DNA of 64,000 bases, taken from positions 2,447-66,446 of the forward strand of contig DCGR01000097.1 of NCBI GenBank assembly GCA_002315285.1, in the 5' to 3' direction. A program made the translations under genes and the position numbers. Below, in pieces: positions 16,136 to 27,558 of the stretch (position 1 is the first letter of the stretch; every line of letters begins with the position of its first letter). Below the pieces are notes generated by a model, which made no database searches, had not been told where the DNA came from, and saw only the letters and a program-made list of their open reading frames with translations. Origin of the DNA: Bacteroides sp. UBA1773. GTDB lineage: Bacteria; Bacteroidota; Bacteroidia; Bacteroidales; Bacteroidaceae.

Positions 16136-17980
16136 CTATTTCACCATTGACATGAACGATTCGACCAGTTCGGAGACTACAAAAGGTTGCCCCTTCACTT
16201 GATTGAACTGATAAGGCACAAAGCCATCGACTTTCATGCGCAAATAACCGGCAAACTGTCCTAAATTCTGCTCAGCGACAACCACCTTCGGATAACGACG
16301 AAGTGTCTCACACGTGTTCTTAGGCAGCGGATTCAGATATTGGAAATGAGCCAAGGCAACCTTTTTACCCGCCCTGTTCATTGTTTCCATAGCCGAATAC
16401 AAATGACCGAAAGTACCACCAAAACCAACAATCAGCAATTCAGCATCATCCTTACAACCATACACTTCGACATCGGGAACTTCAATTCTGGCTATCTTGT
16501 CGGCGCGCAAACGGCACATCATGTCGTGATTCTCTGGTTCTGTGGAAATAGCACCTGTCCGACCGTCCTTTTCCAATCCTCCCAAGATATGTGCAAACCC
16601 CTCCCTTCCAGGAACAGCCCAATAGCGTACCCCTGTCTGTTCGTTGCGCTGGTAAGGAGTGTAATGACCCTTCATTTCTTCGGGAGCATAAGGAGGTGTA
16701 ATGCTTGGGTAGTCCTTCAAATCGGGTAATCGCCATGCACTGGACCCATTGGCGACAAAAGCATCGGTAAGCAACACAACTGGTGTCATATGCTCAAGCG
16801 CCATCTTGCAAGCTGCAAAGGCAGCATCGAAACAATTTGTGGGACTAATGGCTGCAATCACTGGCATAGGACTTTCGCCATTGCGCCCGAATAGTGCCTG
16901 CAACAAATCGGTTTGTTCGCTCTTCGTAGGAAGACCTGTAGAAGGACCTCCACGTTGCACATCGACAACCACCAATGGCAACTCCTGAATGACAGCCAAG
17001 TTCATGGCCTCACTCTTCAGGCAAACACCAGGACCTGATGTGCTTGTCACCGCCAAGGCTCCTGCAAAGGCAGCACCTACAGCCGAAGCACAGCCCGCAA
17101 TTTCATCCTCGCATTGTACAGTAGTCACTCCCAACGACTTTTGCTTAGACAATTCGTGCAGAATGTCGGTAGCCGGAGTAATGGGATAAGAACCCAGATA
17201 GAGCCGCAAACCAGCTTTTTCAGCTGCAGCAATCAATCCGTATGCGGTGGCTTTGTTGCCACTAATGTCCATATACTTTCCGGGAACCTTGACCTTGGTC
17301 TCAATCTTATAGGTATGATTGACCGATGCATGGGTGTTGTGGCCATAATCGTAGCCTGCATGGATGACCTTGATGTTCGCTTCAGCAATGGCCGGTTTCT
17401 TCGCGAACTTTGCCCGCAGAAAACTTTCGGCCAAAGCAAGGTCACGATTGAAAAGCCAACATACAAGACCGAGTGCAAACATGTTACGGCACTTCAACAT
17501 AGACTTGTTGTCCATACCCGTATCGGCCAAGCAGTCCTTTACCATCTGAGAAATTGGCGCAGCTATCACATCTTGCCTGATACCCATTTCCTCAATAGGA
17601 TTATCGGTTGTGAAGGCAGCCTTGTCGAGGTCGGCTTTCTGGAAGCAATCCGTATCGATGATGATACATGCCGTTGATTTGGCGAACTTATATTGTGTCT
17701 TCAGTGCGGCGGCATTCATAGCCACCAACACATCGCACTTGTCGCCAGGAGTAAACACCTTGCCCGAGCCAACATGTATCTGGAATCCTGACACACCTGT
17801 GAGAGATCCTTGTGGAGCACGTATGTCAGCGGGATAATCGGGAAATGTGGAAATATCATTGCCTACAGTGGCTGATACATTCGAAAAAATGTTGCCAGCA
17901 AGTTGCATGCCGTCACCTGAATCGCCTGAGAAACGAACCACAACCTGATCCAATTCTTTGACTGTCATTTCTTCTGCCAT
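16136..17980 (-). CDS. korA: 2-oxoglutarate/2-oxoacid:ferredoxin oxidoreductase, alpha subunit
   Basis: 614 aa. Contains RFSGDSGDGMQLAG, GSYPITPATDILHEL and TSGPG. Lies directly upstream of korB. Confidence 0.85.
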   Translation of the reverse strand: MAEEMTVKELDQVVVRFSGDSGDGMQLAGNIFSNVSATVGNDISTFPDYPADIRAPQGSLTGVSGFQIHVGSGKVFTPGDKCDVLVAMNAAALKTQYKFAKSTACIIIDTDCFQKADLDKAAFTTDNPIEEMGIRQDVIAAPISQMVKDCLADTGMDNKSMLKCRNMFALGLVCWLFNRDLALAESFLRAKFAKKPAIAEANIKVIHAGYDYGHNTHASVNHTYKIETKVKVPGKYMDISGNKATAYGLIAAAEKAGLRLYLGSYPITPATDILHELSKQKSLGVTTVQCEDEIAGCASAVGAAFAGALAVTSTSGPGVCLKSEAMNLAVIQELPLVVVDVQRGGPSTGLPTKSEQTDLLQALFGRNGESPMPVIAAISPTNCFDAAFAACKMALEHMTPVVLLTDAFVANGSSAWRLPDLKDYPSITPPYAPEEMKGHYTPYQRNEQTGVRYWAVPGREGFAHILGGLEKDGRTGAISTEPENHDMMCRLRADKIARIEVPDVEVYGCKDDAELLIVGFGGTFGHLYSAMETMNRAGKKVALAHFQYLNPLPKNTCETLRRYPKVVVAEQNLGQFAGYLRMKVDGFVPYQFNQVKGQPFVVSELVESFMSMVK

Positions 17981-18130
17981 AATTATGCTATTTTTGTTTG
18001 CTTTATTTTATTAACGTGCAAATTTCGGAAAGTTATTTTTATCTGCAAAACAAAACACTCAAAAAAGCATTGTTACATAGCCGTTTCAATGTTTTTTCCG
18101 CAAAGCATCCCATTTTCACGAAAAAAGTAT

Positions 18131-18138
18131 TACCTTTG
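18131..18138 (+). promoter_or_regulatory. Bacteroides-type -7 box TACCTTTG for tRNA-Arg
   Basis: Matches TAnnTTTG, 29 nt upstream of the tRNA 5' end. Confidence 0.4.
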
Positions 18139-18167
18139 TACCGACTTGGAAAAACCAATCGGAACAA

Positions 18168-18239
18168 GGTCCCGTAGTTCAACGGATAGAACGGAAGTTT
18201 CCTAAACTTTTGATACGAGTTCGATTCTCGTCGGGACTA
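18168..18239 (+). tRNA. tRNA-Arg (anticodon CCT)
   Basis: Folds as a cloverleaf by hand: acceptor GGTCCCG/CGGGACT, D stem GTTC/GAAC, anticodon stem GAAGT/ACTTT with loop TTCCTAA, T arm ACGAG-TTCGATT-CTCGT, discriminator A. No encoded CCA. Confidence 0.85.
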
Positions 18240-18295
18240 CTTTCTCGCATAAACCCTTCCCCGAGTATCTCCAACCACCTTACAATGGAATAGCT

Positions 18296-19258
18296 CTATA
18301 CATATGTTTCCAAGAATTTCAAGGTTCCTTCGACTACCACACTTTGAGTCGTGGCGGGGAACAACACAGACTGCCCGGCATGGACCTGCATGGTGCAACC
18401 TGTTTCATCGGTGATTGACCCTTCGCCTTCCATGAATACATAAATCACAAATGAATCGAGTTCACTATAGTCCATTGTCATTGATTCCGTAAGATCGTAG
18501 AGAGAAGTGGTGAAATAAGGACATGAAACCAATTCAACAGGTTCATTCTTCACGGACACATAATGTGTACGATAATCATCAAGCACGGTATAGTCTATCG
18601 CATCCTTCGACAATTCGGTATGCAACTCTCTGGTGTTTCCATGTTCATCGACCCTATTGAAATCATAAATACGATAGGTGATGTTGGATGTCTGCTGAAT
18701 TTCCGCAATGAAGCAACCTTTTCCAATACTATGTATTCGTCCCGCGGGGAGGAAAAAGACATCGCCATTCTGAAGTGGATAATTGGTCAACGCATCGCAA
18801 ATGGTATTGGATTCTACCATTTGGGTATATTCCGCTGGAGTGATTCGCTTGTTCAATCCAGAACGCAGATGGGCTTTCCCATTGTTGTTGTCGATGACAT
18901 ACCACATTTCGGTTTTCCCCATCGAATTGTGACGATGTCTTGCCAGTTCGTCGTCAGGATGAACCTGAATGGACAAATCCTGTTTGGCATCAATGAACTT
19001 GACAAGCAAGGGAAAGCAATTGCCAAAGCGTTCATAATTTTCCTTGCCGACCAAATCGGCCTGATAAGTACGAACCAACTGGCTGAGGTTCATTCCCTTG
19101 TCAGGACCACTACTTACCACGGACTCATCACCAGGCACATCGGAAATTTCCCAACTTTCACCCACCTGGTTTTGTGAACAATCGAGCTGTTTAAAAGGAA
19201 TAATCTTGGCTCCACCCCATAGTGTGGATTTCAAGATAGGATTAAAAGTATAGAACAT
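18296..19258 (-). CDS. manA: Mannose-6-phosphate isomerase, class I
   Basis: MFYTFNPILKSTLWGGAKI..., QVHPDDELA, KTEMWYV, cupin core. The ATG at 19256-19258 avoids an overlap with trkH. Confidence 0.8.
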   Translation of the reverse strand: MFYTFNPILKSTLWGGAKIIPFKQLDCSQNQVGESWEISDVPGDESVVSSGPDKGMNLSQLVRTYQADLVGKENYERFGNCFPLLVKFIDAKQDLSIQVHPDDELARHRHNSMGKTEMWYVIDNNNGKAHLRSGLNKRITPAEYTQMVESNTICDALTNYPLQNGDVFFLPAGRIHSIGKGCFIAEIQQTSNITYRIYDFNRVDEHGNTRELHTELSKDAIDYTVLDDYRTHYVSVKNEPVELVSCPYFTTSLYDLTESMTMDYSELDSFVIYVFMEGEGSITDETGCTMQVHAGQSVLFPATTQSVVVEGTLKFLETYV

Positions 19259-19275
19259 AACAATATCAAGAATAA

Positions 19276-20730
19276 TCAACGTTTTGTCCAAAAAGTAGGT
19301 GATAACAAGAGCAATACACTAAATAGTTCCAAACGGCCTATCAACATCAGGAAAGAGCACAACCACTTCGCCGCTACCGAGATGGAACCCAAATCACTTA
19401 TCGGTCCATCGACTCCCAAAGCCGCCCCCACATTGCTGATGCAACACATTACCAAACCAAACGAATCACGATAATGGATGCCAAAAGCTATAAGAAGAAA
19501 CCAAGCACATGCCACTATGAAAATATACACAAACGTAAAGCCCAAGACCGCACTTCTGATGTCCTGTGAAATGACTTGTCCACTGATGCGAATGGGAAGT
19601 ACGGCATTGGGATGAAGAATGCGGCGGAACTGATTGCGTGTAGCCTTGACCATAATGGCCAAACGAATACACTTGATTCCACCCGAGGTAGATCCTGAAC
19701 AAGCTCCAAAAAACATGATCAGCGGAAGACAAGCCCATAACAACTGTGTCCAACGATGAAACTCCGCAGTCTCAAAGCCTGTGGTCGTAAGCACTGAGAT
19801 GACCTGGAAAAATGCCTGGCGGAAACTCTCTTCAAATGTGAAAGGAGACGTGAAGAATAATCCCAGGCCGATGAATGTTCCCAAAAACAAGACGATAAAG
19901 ATGTAATAGCGCACCTCAGTATTGCGCCAAAGCTTCCGGAAATCAAAACGGAAAAGCGAAAAGTACAGCAAAGTAAAATTGACTCCTGACAAGAACATGA
20001 ACGCCATGATGATGTATTCTATCAGTGGAGAATGGAATGCTGCCACGCTGGCATTGCAATTGGAGAATCCACCAGTAGCCGTAGTCGCCAACGCATGACA
20101 AACACTATCAAACCAATTCATGCCAGCCAAGCAAAGCAAACCGATTTCGACCAAAGTCAGAAGAAGATAAATCGACCATATCCAACGTGCAGTGACCTCA
20201 ATGCGCGGACTGATTTTCTGATATGACGTGCCTGTCGCCTCTGCCGCAAACAGTTTCATGCCTCCGACCCCAAACACCGGCAGAACAGCTATGGTAAAAA
20301 ACACGATGCCCAAACCACCTATCCACTGGGTAAGACAACGCCAAAACATCAACCCATGAGGCAAGATTTCAACATCTTTCAAAATAGTGGCACCAGTTGT
20401 CGTGAAACCAGACATCGTTTCGAAAAATGCATCAGTCACATTGGATATGTAACCACTTATCAGAAAAGGCAACATGCCAAATATGGAAAACAATATCCAA
20501 GCAACAACCACAATGAAATATCCGTCACGCCGTCCCAACCGTCGTTCCGCATTCCTACCCACAAACGAAAGAATGCCACCGACTACGGCAGTGGCGAGAG
20601 CAGACCAAAGGAAAGGCAGCATGTCAGTCTCGTGGAATGCATAGCCAAAGCACGAACAAACTGTCAGGATTCCCGCTTCAATGTAAAGCAAGAATCCCAT
20701 AATGCGGCATATCATTCGGACATTAATCAT
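19276..20730 (-). CDS. trkH: Trk-type potassium uptake protein, membrane subunit
   Basis: 484 aa, polytopic. Repeated selectivity-filter-like TTTGF/TATGG segments (MSGFTTTGAT, TTATGGFSN, LTTTGFETA). Confidence 0.85.
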   Translation of the reverse strand: MINVRMICRIMGFLLYIEAGILTVCSCFGYAFHETDMLPFLWSALATAVVGGILSFVGRNAERRLGRRDGYFIVVVAWILFSIFGMLPFLISGYISNVTDAFFETMSGFTTTGATILKDVEILPHGLMFWRCLTQWIGGLGIVFFTIAVLPVFGVGGMKLFAAEATGTSYQKISPRIEVTARWIWSIYLLLTLVEIGLLCLAGMNWFDSVCHALATTATGGFSNCNASVAAFHSPLIEYIIMAFMFLSGVNFTLLYFSLFRFDFRKLWRNTEVRYYIFIVLFLGTFIGLGLFFTSPFTFEESFRQAFFQVISVLTTTGFETAEFHRWTQLLWACLPLIMFFGACSGSTSGGIKCIRLAIMVKATRNQFRRILHPNAVLPIRISGQVISQDIRSAVLGFTFVYIFIVACAWFLLIAFGIHYRDSFGLVMCCISNVGAALGVDGPISDLGSISVAAKWLCSFLMLIGRLELFSVLLLLSPTFWTKR

Positions 20731-22070
20731 CAGCGGAAAAATCTTTCAGCCTTACCAATCATATTTTCCAAGCAAAACACCACCACATGATCACCAGCTT
20801 GAATCTGTGTGGCACCAGTAACCAACATACCCTTATCGTTGCGCAACATGCCTCCTATGGTAATTCCCTTGGGCAAACCCATCGACTTAATCGGATGTTT
20901 TGTGATATATGCTCCTTCCTTGACCACAAACTCTGCCACGTCGGCATTGGCAAATGTCAGACATTTCACATTCTCCACATCCGCATCGAGCATCATCTGG
21001 TAAATACAGCTTGCCGCTATCTTCTTCTTGTTGATGATGGTACTGATGTCCATGCTGTCGGCCATTGATATGTAATCCATGTTTTCCACCTCTGCCACCG
21101 TTTTCCCTGCACCTAACTGCTTTGCCGCCAAACAAGCCAGGATATTGGTCTCGGAGTTACCCGTAAGGGCGACAAAAGCCTGTGCATTCTTGATGTCCTC
21201 CTCTCTCAGGAAATCCATGTCACTGCCATCACCATTGATGATCAGAGTATCATCATCGCACTTCTCTGTCAGCCACTGACAACGCTCCAGGTCTTTTTCA
21301 ATGATCTTTATCCTCATCGACTCAGGAGCATACTGGGAAACGCGGACAGCTATGCGACTTCCGCCCATGATGAACACATTGCGCATTTCTGGATAATGAT
21401 CCTTCCCCACAAGTGTACGAATGCCAGGAACATGCTCCTTGGGGGTGGTAAAATATGCCATGTCATTTTCCCGCAACATGTCGCGCCCTCCTGGAATGAT
21501 AGTCTCATTGCCACGACGAATGGCCACCACATGGAAGGGAATGTCGCTATCTCCCAATTCACTAAGCGGAACATTCAGAATTTGGGAGTTTTCACGCATT
21601 TTCGTTCCAATAAGTACCAGTGTACCTCCACAAAACTCCCACCACTGACGAAGCCAAGTAGTGCGTATGGCATCCAACAATTCGCGTGCCGCCAACATTT
21701 CTGGATAAATAAGCGAATGTATCCCAAGTGTCTTCAAAAAATCGGCATTCTTCGGTATCAGATACTCAGGATTGTCAATTCGGGCAACCGTTTTCTTTGC
21801 ACCCAAATTATTGGCAAACATGCAAGCCGTGATGTTGCGGCTCTCCTCTGGCATTACAGCAACGAACAGGTCAGCATCCTCCACTCCCGCATTTTTCAAA
21901 GCAAAAATGGATGTCGGAGAATCCTTCACCGTCAACAAATCGAAATTGGAACTCAACTTCATCAACCGTTCCTCACTTTCATCAATCAAGGTGATGCTAT
22001 GACGTTCGCCTGAAAGCATCTTTGCCAAATGAGTCCCTACAGCTCCTGCCCCTGCTATGATTACCTTCAT
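20730..22070 (-). CDS. trkA: Trk system NAD-binding subunit
   Basis: The ATG at 22068-22070 gives [17 protein letters not shown] second Rossmann repeat is FIMGGSRIA. Shows ATGA-type overlap with the dxs stop and a 1-nt overlap with trkH. Confidence 0.85.
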   Translation of the reverse strand: MKVIIAGAGAVGTHLAKMLSGERHSITLIDESEERLMKLSSNFDLLTVKDSPTSIFALKNAGVEDADLFVAVMPEESRNITACMFANNLGAKKTVARIDNPEYLIPKNADFLKTLGIHSLIYPEMLAARELLDAIRTTWLRQWWEFCGGTLVLIGTKMRENSQILNVPLSELGDSDIPFHVVAIRRGNETIIPGGRDMLRENDMAYFTTPKEHVPGIRTLVGKDHYPEMRNVFIMGGSRIAVRVSQYAPESMRIKIIEKDLERCQWLTEKCDDDTLIINGDGSDMDFLREEDIKNAQAFVALTGNSETNILACLAAKQLGAGKTVAEVENMDYISMADSMDISTIINKKKIAASCIYQMMLDADVENVKCLTFANADVAEFVVKEGAYITKHPIKSMGLPKGITIGGMLRNDKGMLVTGATQIQAGDHVVVFCLENMIGKAERFFR

Positions 22071-23977
22071 GATCCCTTTATTTTTGATTCCATATATCTT
22101 ACTATGCCCATCACATCCAATCCACATAGTTTCCTAAGCTCAGACACGCTTCCATGAGCGACAAACTCGTCGGGCAGTCCCATCCGATAAATCACAGGAC
22201 AATAGCCCTTATCGACCATAAATTCCATCACTGCACTACCCATGCCCCCGTTCCGGACTCCATCCTCGATTGTAAACACCTTTCCATATCGCTGCCCTAT
22301 CTGACCCAGCATCGATTCGTCGAGCGGTTTCAAGAAACGGAGGTCATAATGTGCCACCGAAAGGCCTGTCGTGCGCTCAAGTTCCTCGATGGCCGCCGCT
22401 GCCACATGCCCTATCGGCCCGATGCTGATAAGCGCGGCATCATTGCCCGACTTCAGTTGCCGGCCTGTGCCTACAGGTATTTCCTCCAATGGACATTTCC
22501 AATCGACCGACGAACCTCTTCCCCGCGGATAACGGATCACAAAAGGGCCACGCCCGGCAAGCTGGGCCGTAAACATCAATCGTCGCAACTCCTGCTCATC
22601 GTAGGGTGAGGCAATGGTCAGATTGGGAATCGGACGCAGGAAAGCCATATCGAAAGCCCCATGATGCGTAGGACCATCCTCGCCTACCAATCCCGCACGG
22701 TCTATGCACAACACCACAGGCAAGCGTTGTATGGCGACATCATGTATCACATTGTCGTAAGCACGCTGCACAAACGAGGAATAAATGTTGCAGAAAGGCA
22801 AGAGTCCATCCTTTGCCATACCCCCGGAAAAGGTCACCGCATGTCCCTCGGCTATCCCCACATCGAACACCCGCTGTGGCATCGCCTGCATCATCACCTT
22901 CATGGAACAACCCGATGGCATGGCTGGAGTGACTCCTACAATGCGTTCGTTCTGCTTAGCCAATTCCAATAACGTCTCGCCAAAAACTTCCTGATAAAGG
23001 GGAGGAAGACCTTCGGTGCGCCGCACATACCGCTCACCCGTGTTCTTGTCGAAACATCCTGGAGCATGCCAAGTAGCAGGATCCTTCTCCGCAGCGGGAA
23101 AACCCTTCCCCTTAACCGTATGTATGTGGAGCAACTTAGGTCCTTCCATGTCCTTTATGTCACACAATATCCTTACGAGGTTTTTCACATCATGCCCATT
23201 CGATGGACCGAAATACCTGATGTTCAGACCTTCAAAAATATTGTGCTGATGCATCATCATGGCCTTGACGCTATTGTTGAAACGTATCAGGCGTTTCCGA
23301 CGATCGTCGGTCAGAATGCCAAAGGCACTGAACAACTTCGACAAGACATATCGGATGTCATTGTACTCCTTCGACGTGTGCAAATCGAGCAAATATTGCC
23401 TCAATCCACCCACGCAACGGTCGATAGCCATGTTGTTGTCGTTCAGAATAATCAGCAGATTGTTGGGTATGACAGACGCATTGTTCAACCCTTCGAAAGC
23501 CAGTCCGCCCCCCATTGAGCCATCGCCAATCACCACCACCACCTTACGGTCGTTCCTACCCTCTTGGGCAGCAGCCACAGCCATGCCCAACGCAGCCGAA
23601 ATGGAATTGGAGGCATGGCCAGCCGTAAAGCTATCGTATGGGCTCTCGTCGGGCGATGGGAAAGGGCGCAAGCCATTCAGCTTGCGGTTCGTACAAAACA
23701 CATCGCGTCGGCCTGTAAGTATCTTGTGTCCGTAAGCCTGATGCCCGACATCCCACACGATACGGTCATCAGGAGTATTGAACACATAATGCAATGCCAC
23801 CGTCAATTCCACCGTGCCCAAGTTAGATGCAAAATGTCCCGAATTGCGCGACAGCTCATCAATGATCTTTCGCCGCAATTCGTCACAGACCACCGGAAGC
23901 TCGTCCAAAGGGACCTTGCGCAAGTCGGCGGGTGAATCAATCGAAGACAGATACTTGTATATGTCGTCTTGTTCCAT
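22067..23977 (-). CDS. dxs: 1-deoxy-D-xylulose-5-phosphate synthase
   Basis: [50 protein letters not shown]. The ATG at 23975-23977 lies 22 nt from a -7 box, whereas the track start at 24010 (GTG) would lie upstream of that box. Confidence 0.9.
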   Translation of the reverse strand: MEQDDIYKYLSSIDSPADLRKVPLDELPVVCDELRRKIIDELSRNSGHFASNLGTVELTVALHYVFNTPDDRIVWDVGHQAYGHKILTGRRDVFCTNRKLNGLRPFPSPDESPYDSFTAGHASNSISAALGMAVAAAQEGRNDRKVVVVIGDGSMGGGLAFEGLNNASVIPNNLLIILNDNNMAIDRCVGGLRQYLLDLHTSKEYNDIRYVLSKLFSAFGILTDDRRKRLIRFNNSVKAMMMHQHNIFEGLNIRYFGPSNGHDVKNLVRILCDIKDMEGPKLLHIHTVKGKGFPAAEKDPATWHAPGCFDKNTGERYVRRTEGLPPLYQEVFGETLLELAKQNERIVGVTPAMPSGCSMKVMMQAMPQRVFDVGIAEGHAVTFSGGMAKDGLLPFCNIYSSFVQRAYDNVIHDVAIQRLPVVLCIDRAGLVGEDGPTHHGAFDMAFLRPIPNLTIASPYDEQELRRLMFTAQLAGRGPFVIRYPRGRGSSVDWKCPLEEIPVGTGRQLKSGNDAALISIGPIGHVAAAAIEELERTTGLSVAHYDLRFLKPLDESMLGQIGQRYGKVFTIEDGVRNGGMGSAVMEFMVDKGYCPVIYRMGLPDEFVAHGSVSELRKLCGLDVMGIVRYMESKIKGS

Positions 23978-23999
23978 CGTCACAAACACATTTAGCTTA

Positions 24000-24007
24000 C
24001 AAAAATA
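24000..24007 (-). promoter_or_regulatory. -7 box TATTTTTG (minus strand) for the dxs-trkA-trkH-manA operon
   Basis: CAAAAATA on the plus strand, 22 nt from the dxs ATG. Confidence 0.45.
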
Positions 24008-24029
24008 CACTTTTTATATGAAATGTCCG

Positions 24030-24037
24030 TATCTTTG
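24030..24037 (+). promoter_or_regulatory. -7 box TATCTTTG for the GSCFA / murF-alr genes
   Basis: Matches TAnnTTTG, 26 nt upstream of the ATG at 24064. Divergent from the dxs promoter. Confidence 0.45.
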
Positions 24038-24063
24038 CAGCACTTTTTAAGATTTGATAAGCA

Positions 24064-25041
24064 ATGGAGTTCAGGACAAAGGTAGAACCACAACGCAAGA
24101 CCATCCTCTTAGGGCACTCCGATAGCATATTGCTCATGGGGTCATGCTTTGCTGGAAATTTCGGCAACTTCCTTGCCGAAAACAAGTTCCAGTGTTGTTC
24201 CAATCCCTTTGGAACGCTTTACAACCCCCTATCGATTGCCGAGGCATTGCAACAACTCTATGGGCACAAATGCTATGACGTCACTGACCTGTTTCACGAC
24301 AACGGGTTATGGCATAGCTGGATGCACCATGGCTCATTTTCCACCACCAATGCCGATGAAACCCTCCAGCTCATCCGAAAGCGCATGGATGATGCCGACA
24401 TCAAGCACCGTAATGCCTTTGTCATTACCTTTGGTACCGCCTGGGTATATGAACGAAACGGAAAGATTGTAGGCAATTGTCATAAAATGCCCGAAGGCCA
24501 ATTCACTCACCGTATGCTTTCGGTGGATGAAATTGTCGCCCGATGGGAAACACTTCCTTTTCTGCATGACAACAACAGCAAAGTGATTTTCACCGTAAGC
24601 CCCATCCGACACCAACGAGATGGCTTTCATGCCAACCAACTGAGCAAAGCCACCTTGCTACTAGCCATCGACAAGCTTGTAAGCCACCGCACTCATTGTG
24701 TCTATTTCCCAGCGTATGAGATACTGTTGGATGAGCTTCGCGACTACCGTTTCTATGCCGAAGACATGCTGCATCCTTCATCCGTGACCCTCCAATACAT
24801 TTTGGAACGTTTCCAAGAGACCTTCTTTGACGCGTACACGCAGCAAGTGCTTGCTCAATGGCATTCATTACAGAAACTGTTGCAACACCGTCCCATCAAT
24901 CCACAGGCTCCCTCATGGCAACAATTCCTTAGCCAAACAATTCAAAAACTACACCAATTTCAGGATGAAAATCCCTTCATTCTTGTTGAAAACGAAATAC
25001 TGCAATGTCAAAACCAATTGAATCAATCTGCGAAACGATAA
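24064..25041 (+). CDS. GSCFA-family protein (SGNH-like, function unknown)
   Basis: Literal GSCFA motif in LLMGSCFAGNFG. 325 aa. Confidence 0.75.
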   Translation: MEFRTKVEPQRKTILLGHSDSILLMGSCFAGNFGNFLAENKFQCCSNPFGTLYNPLSIAEALQQLYGHKCYDVTDLFHDNGLWHSWMHHGSFSTTNADETLQLIRKRMDDADIKHRNAFVITFGTAWVYERNGKIVGNCHKMPEGQFTHRMLSVDEIVARWETLPFLHDNNSKVIFTVSPIRHQRDGFHANQLSKATLLLAIDKLVSHRTHCVYFPAYEILLDELRDYRFYAEDMLHPSSVTLQYILERFQETFFDAYTQQVLAQWHSLQKLLQHRPINPQAPSWQQFLSQTIQKLHQFQDENPFILVENEILQCQNQLNQSAKR

Positions 25042-27467
25042 AAGCCATCCGAACAGGCAACAATCCGACAAAAATCACTTGGCTACTTACCGACAGCCGC
25101 TCGTTGCTGTTTCCCGACGAGACCCTTTTTTTTGCCCTTCGAACCAAACGGAACGACGGACATAAATACATCACCGATTTGTACAGGAGAGGAATACGCA
25201 ACTTTGTAACACTCGACAATTCACTGGCTGCAAGTTGTCCAGACGCGAACTTTCTTGTAGTACCTGATGTGTTGCGCGCACTGCAAAAACTATCGGAACA
25301 GCACCGGAAAACGTTTCACATTCCCGTGATTGGAATCACCGGCAGCAATGGGAAGACCATAGTGAAAGAATGGCTATACCAACTGCTTTCGCCCGAAAAA
25401 GTCATTACACGTTCTCCGCTCAGCTACAACTCCCAAATAGGAGTGCCTCTTTCCGTATGGATGATGAATGAGCAAACCGAGCTTGCCATTTTCGAAGCAG
25501 GGATTTCGGGAATGAACGAGATGCAAACCCTGCAGCCCATCATCGACCCCGCCATAGGAATTATCACCAACATCGGAGGAGCTCACCAAGAAAACTTTTA
25601 CTCGCTACGTGACAAGTGCATGGAAAAGCTCTCCTTGTTCGAAAAGAGCGACATCATCATCTACAATGGCGATGACCCTCTCATCTCGGATTGTGTGGGG
25701 AAAACGCTGTTTGGAGCGAAGGAGATTGCCTGGTCTACGGAAAACACCGAAAGTCCCCTCTACATAAGCAAGATAGACAAAAGGACGGAAAGCACCACCA
25801 TCAGCTATCGTTACATCGGATTCCAAGGAAGCTACACCATCCCATTCATCGACAATGCCTCGGTGGAAAACTCCATCCACTGTCTTGCCGTCGCACTTTA
25901 CATGATGCTCTCACCTGAAACCATTGCCCAAAGGATGGAAAAGCTCGATCCCGTTGCCATGCGCCTGGAAGTGAAGGAAGGGAAAAACGGATGTACACTC
26001 ATCAACGACACCTACAATGCCGATCTGGCATCGCTAAGCATCGCACTCGAATTCATGAGCCGACGCAACCAAAAACAAAGGCAACAGCAAACGCTCATCC
26101 TCTCCGACCTGCTGCAAACAGGACAAAACAACAAAATACTATACCGGCAAGTCGCAGATCTCGTGAACTCCTGCCATATCGACAAGTTCATCGGAGTAGG
26201 CAGCCAAATCAGTTCCTTTTCCGGACTGTTCGACCAGGAGAAGCATTTCTTTCAGACAACCAGCGAGCTGCTGCAATCACCTCTGCTGGAACAACTACAG
26301 AATGAACTGGTACTGATCAAAGGTTCCCGCACCTTTCAATTCGACCATATTACCGATGCCATAGAGCTGAAAGTACACGAGACAATTCTGGAAGTGAACC
26401 TAAGCGCGCTGGTAGAAAACCTGAATTGGTATCGTAACCAGCTCAAGCCAAGCACACAGATCGTATGCATGGTAAAGGCTTCCGCCTATGGAGCAGGAGC
26501 CCTTGAAGTAGCGAAGACACTACAGGAACACCAAGTGGATTACCTCGCAGTGGCAGTAGCCGATGAAGGAGCAGATCTACGCAAAGCCGGCATCACTGCC
26601 AACATTATCGTAATGAATCCGGAAATGACCTCCTTCAAAACCATGTTCGACAATCTGCTCGAACCAGAGGTCTATAGTTTCCACATCCTCGAAGAACTCA
26701 TCAAAGCGGCCGAAAAAGAAGGAGCAAACAACATTCCGATACACATAAAAATCGACACAGGCATGCATCGTTTAGGATTCAGTGAAGATGACATTCCACA
26801 ACTCATAGTTCGCCTGCGTAGGCAAACAGCCGTATTCCCTCGTTCGGTATTCTCACACTTCGTAGGTTCGGATGGTGATGAATTTGATGCGTTCAGCAAA
26901 CAACAATTCGAATGTTTTGACCGCGCCTCAACAGCATTGCAACAAGCCTTTTCCCAACCCATCCTTCGACATATATGCAACACTGCAGGCATAGAACGCT
27001 TCCCATACAGACAACTTGACATGGTTCGCCTTGGGCTAGGCCTTTATGGGATAGACCCCTGTACCAACCAAGTACTTCATACTGTAAGCACACTGAAAAC
27101 CACCATTTTGCAAATTCACAACGTACCAAAAGGAGACTCCATAGGGTATAGCCGACGAAGCATCGTAGAACGCGATTCACGCATTGCCACAATCCCTATA
27201 GGATATGCTGACGGACTCAACAGACGATTGGGAAACCGAAATGCTTACTGCCTTGTGAATGGGAGAAAAGCCCCATACATAGGGAATATATGCATGGATG
27301 CATGCATGATTGATGTAACAGATATTGTATGTGATGAAGGAGATGAAGTTGAAATTTTTGGCAACAACCTACCTGTCACCGAACTGAGCCGCATTCTTGG
27401 CACAATACCATACGAAGTACTTACAAGCATCAGTACACGTGTAAAGCACGTGTACTATCAGAATTAA
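25005..27467 (+). CDS. Bifunctional UDP-MurNAc-tripeptide:D-Ala-D-Ala ligase (MurF-like) / alanine racemase
   Basis: N-terminal Mur ligase part: IGITGSNGKTIVKEW, NDTYNAD. C-terminal racemase part: VKASAYGAGA (PLP lysine), FHILEEL, IGYADG. Overlaps the GSCFA gene by 37 nt. Confidence 0.85.
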   Translation: MSKPIESICETIKAIRTGNNPTKITWLLTDSRSLLFPDETLFFALRTKRNDGHKYITDLYRRGIRNFVTLDNSLAASCPDANFLVVPDVLRALQKLSEQHRKTFHIPVIGITGSNGKTIVKEWLYQLLSPEKVITRSPLSYNSQIGVPLSVWMMNEQTELAIFEAGISGMNEMQTLQPIIDPAIGIITNIGGAHQENFYSLRDKCMEKLSLFEKSDIIIYNGDDPLISDCVGKTLFGAKEIAWSTENTESPLYISKIDKRTESTTISYRYIGFQGSYTIPFIDNASVENSIHCLAVALYMMLSPETIAQRMEKLDPVAMRLEVKEGKNGCTLINDTYNADLASLSIALEFMSRRNQKQRQQQTLILSDLLQTGQNNKILYRQVADLVNSCHIDKFIGVGSQISSFSGLFDQEKHFFQTTSELLQSPLLEQLQNELVLIKGSRTFQFDHITDAIELKVHETILEVNLSALVENLNWYRNQLKPSTQIVCMVKASAYGAGALEVAKTLQEHQVDYLAVAVADEGADLRKAGITANIIVMNPEMTSFKTMFDNLLEPEVYSFHILEELIKAAEKEGANNIPIHIKIDTGMHRLGFSEDDIPQLIVRLRRQTAVFPRSVFSHFVGSDGDEFDAFSKQQFECFDRASTALQQAFSQPILRHICNTAGIERFPYRQLDMVRLGLGLYGIDPCTNQVLHTVSTLKTTILQIHNVPKGDSIGYSRRSIVERDSRIATIPIGYADGLNRRLGNRNAYCLVNGRKAPYIGNICMDACMIDVTDIVCDEGDEVEIFGNNLPVTELSRILGTIPYEVLTSISTRVKHVYYQN

Positions 27468-27481
27468 TCCGTAAGCACCTT

Positions 27482-27558
27482 GTTCTCAAGCATTTTTAGG
27501 CTTAATGATGATTAAAAACATCTTGGTACGCCTTATTATTAAGGCATCACTTGAGAAC
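27482..27558. terminator. Nested hairpin at a convergent gene junction (candidate bidirectional terminator)
   Basis: The outer 9-bp stem is GTTCTCAAG (27482-27490) / CTTGAGAAC (27550-27558). The inner hairpin is GCCTTA-ttat-TAAGGC (27530-45). The 3' arm overlaps the stop codon at 27547-49. Confidence 0.4.

Noticed and set aside
18168-18296. Either tRNA gene (Arg-CCT here, Gln-CTG at 49171-49244) marking an integrated element.
   Set aside because: There is no integrase, no direct repeat of the tRNA 3' end downstream, and the flanking genes are housekeeping (korA/manA; metallopeptidase/ade).
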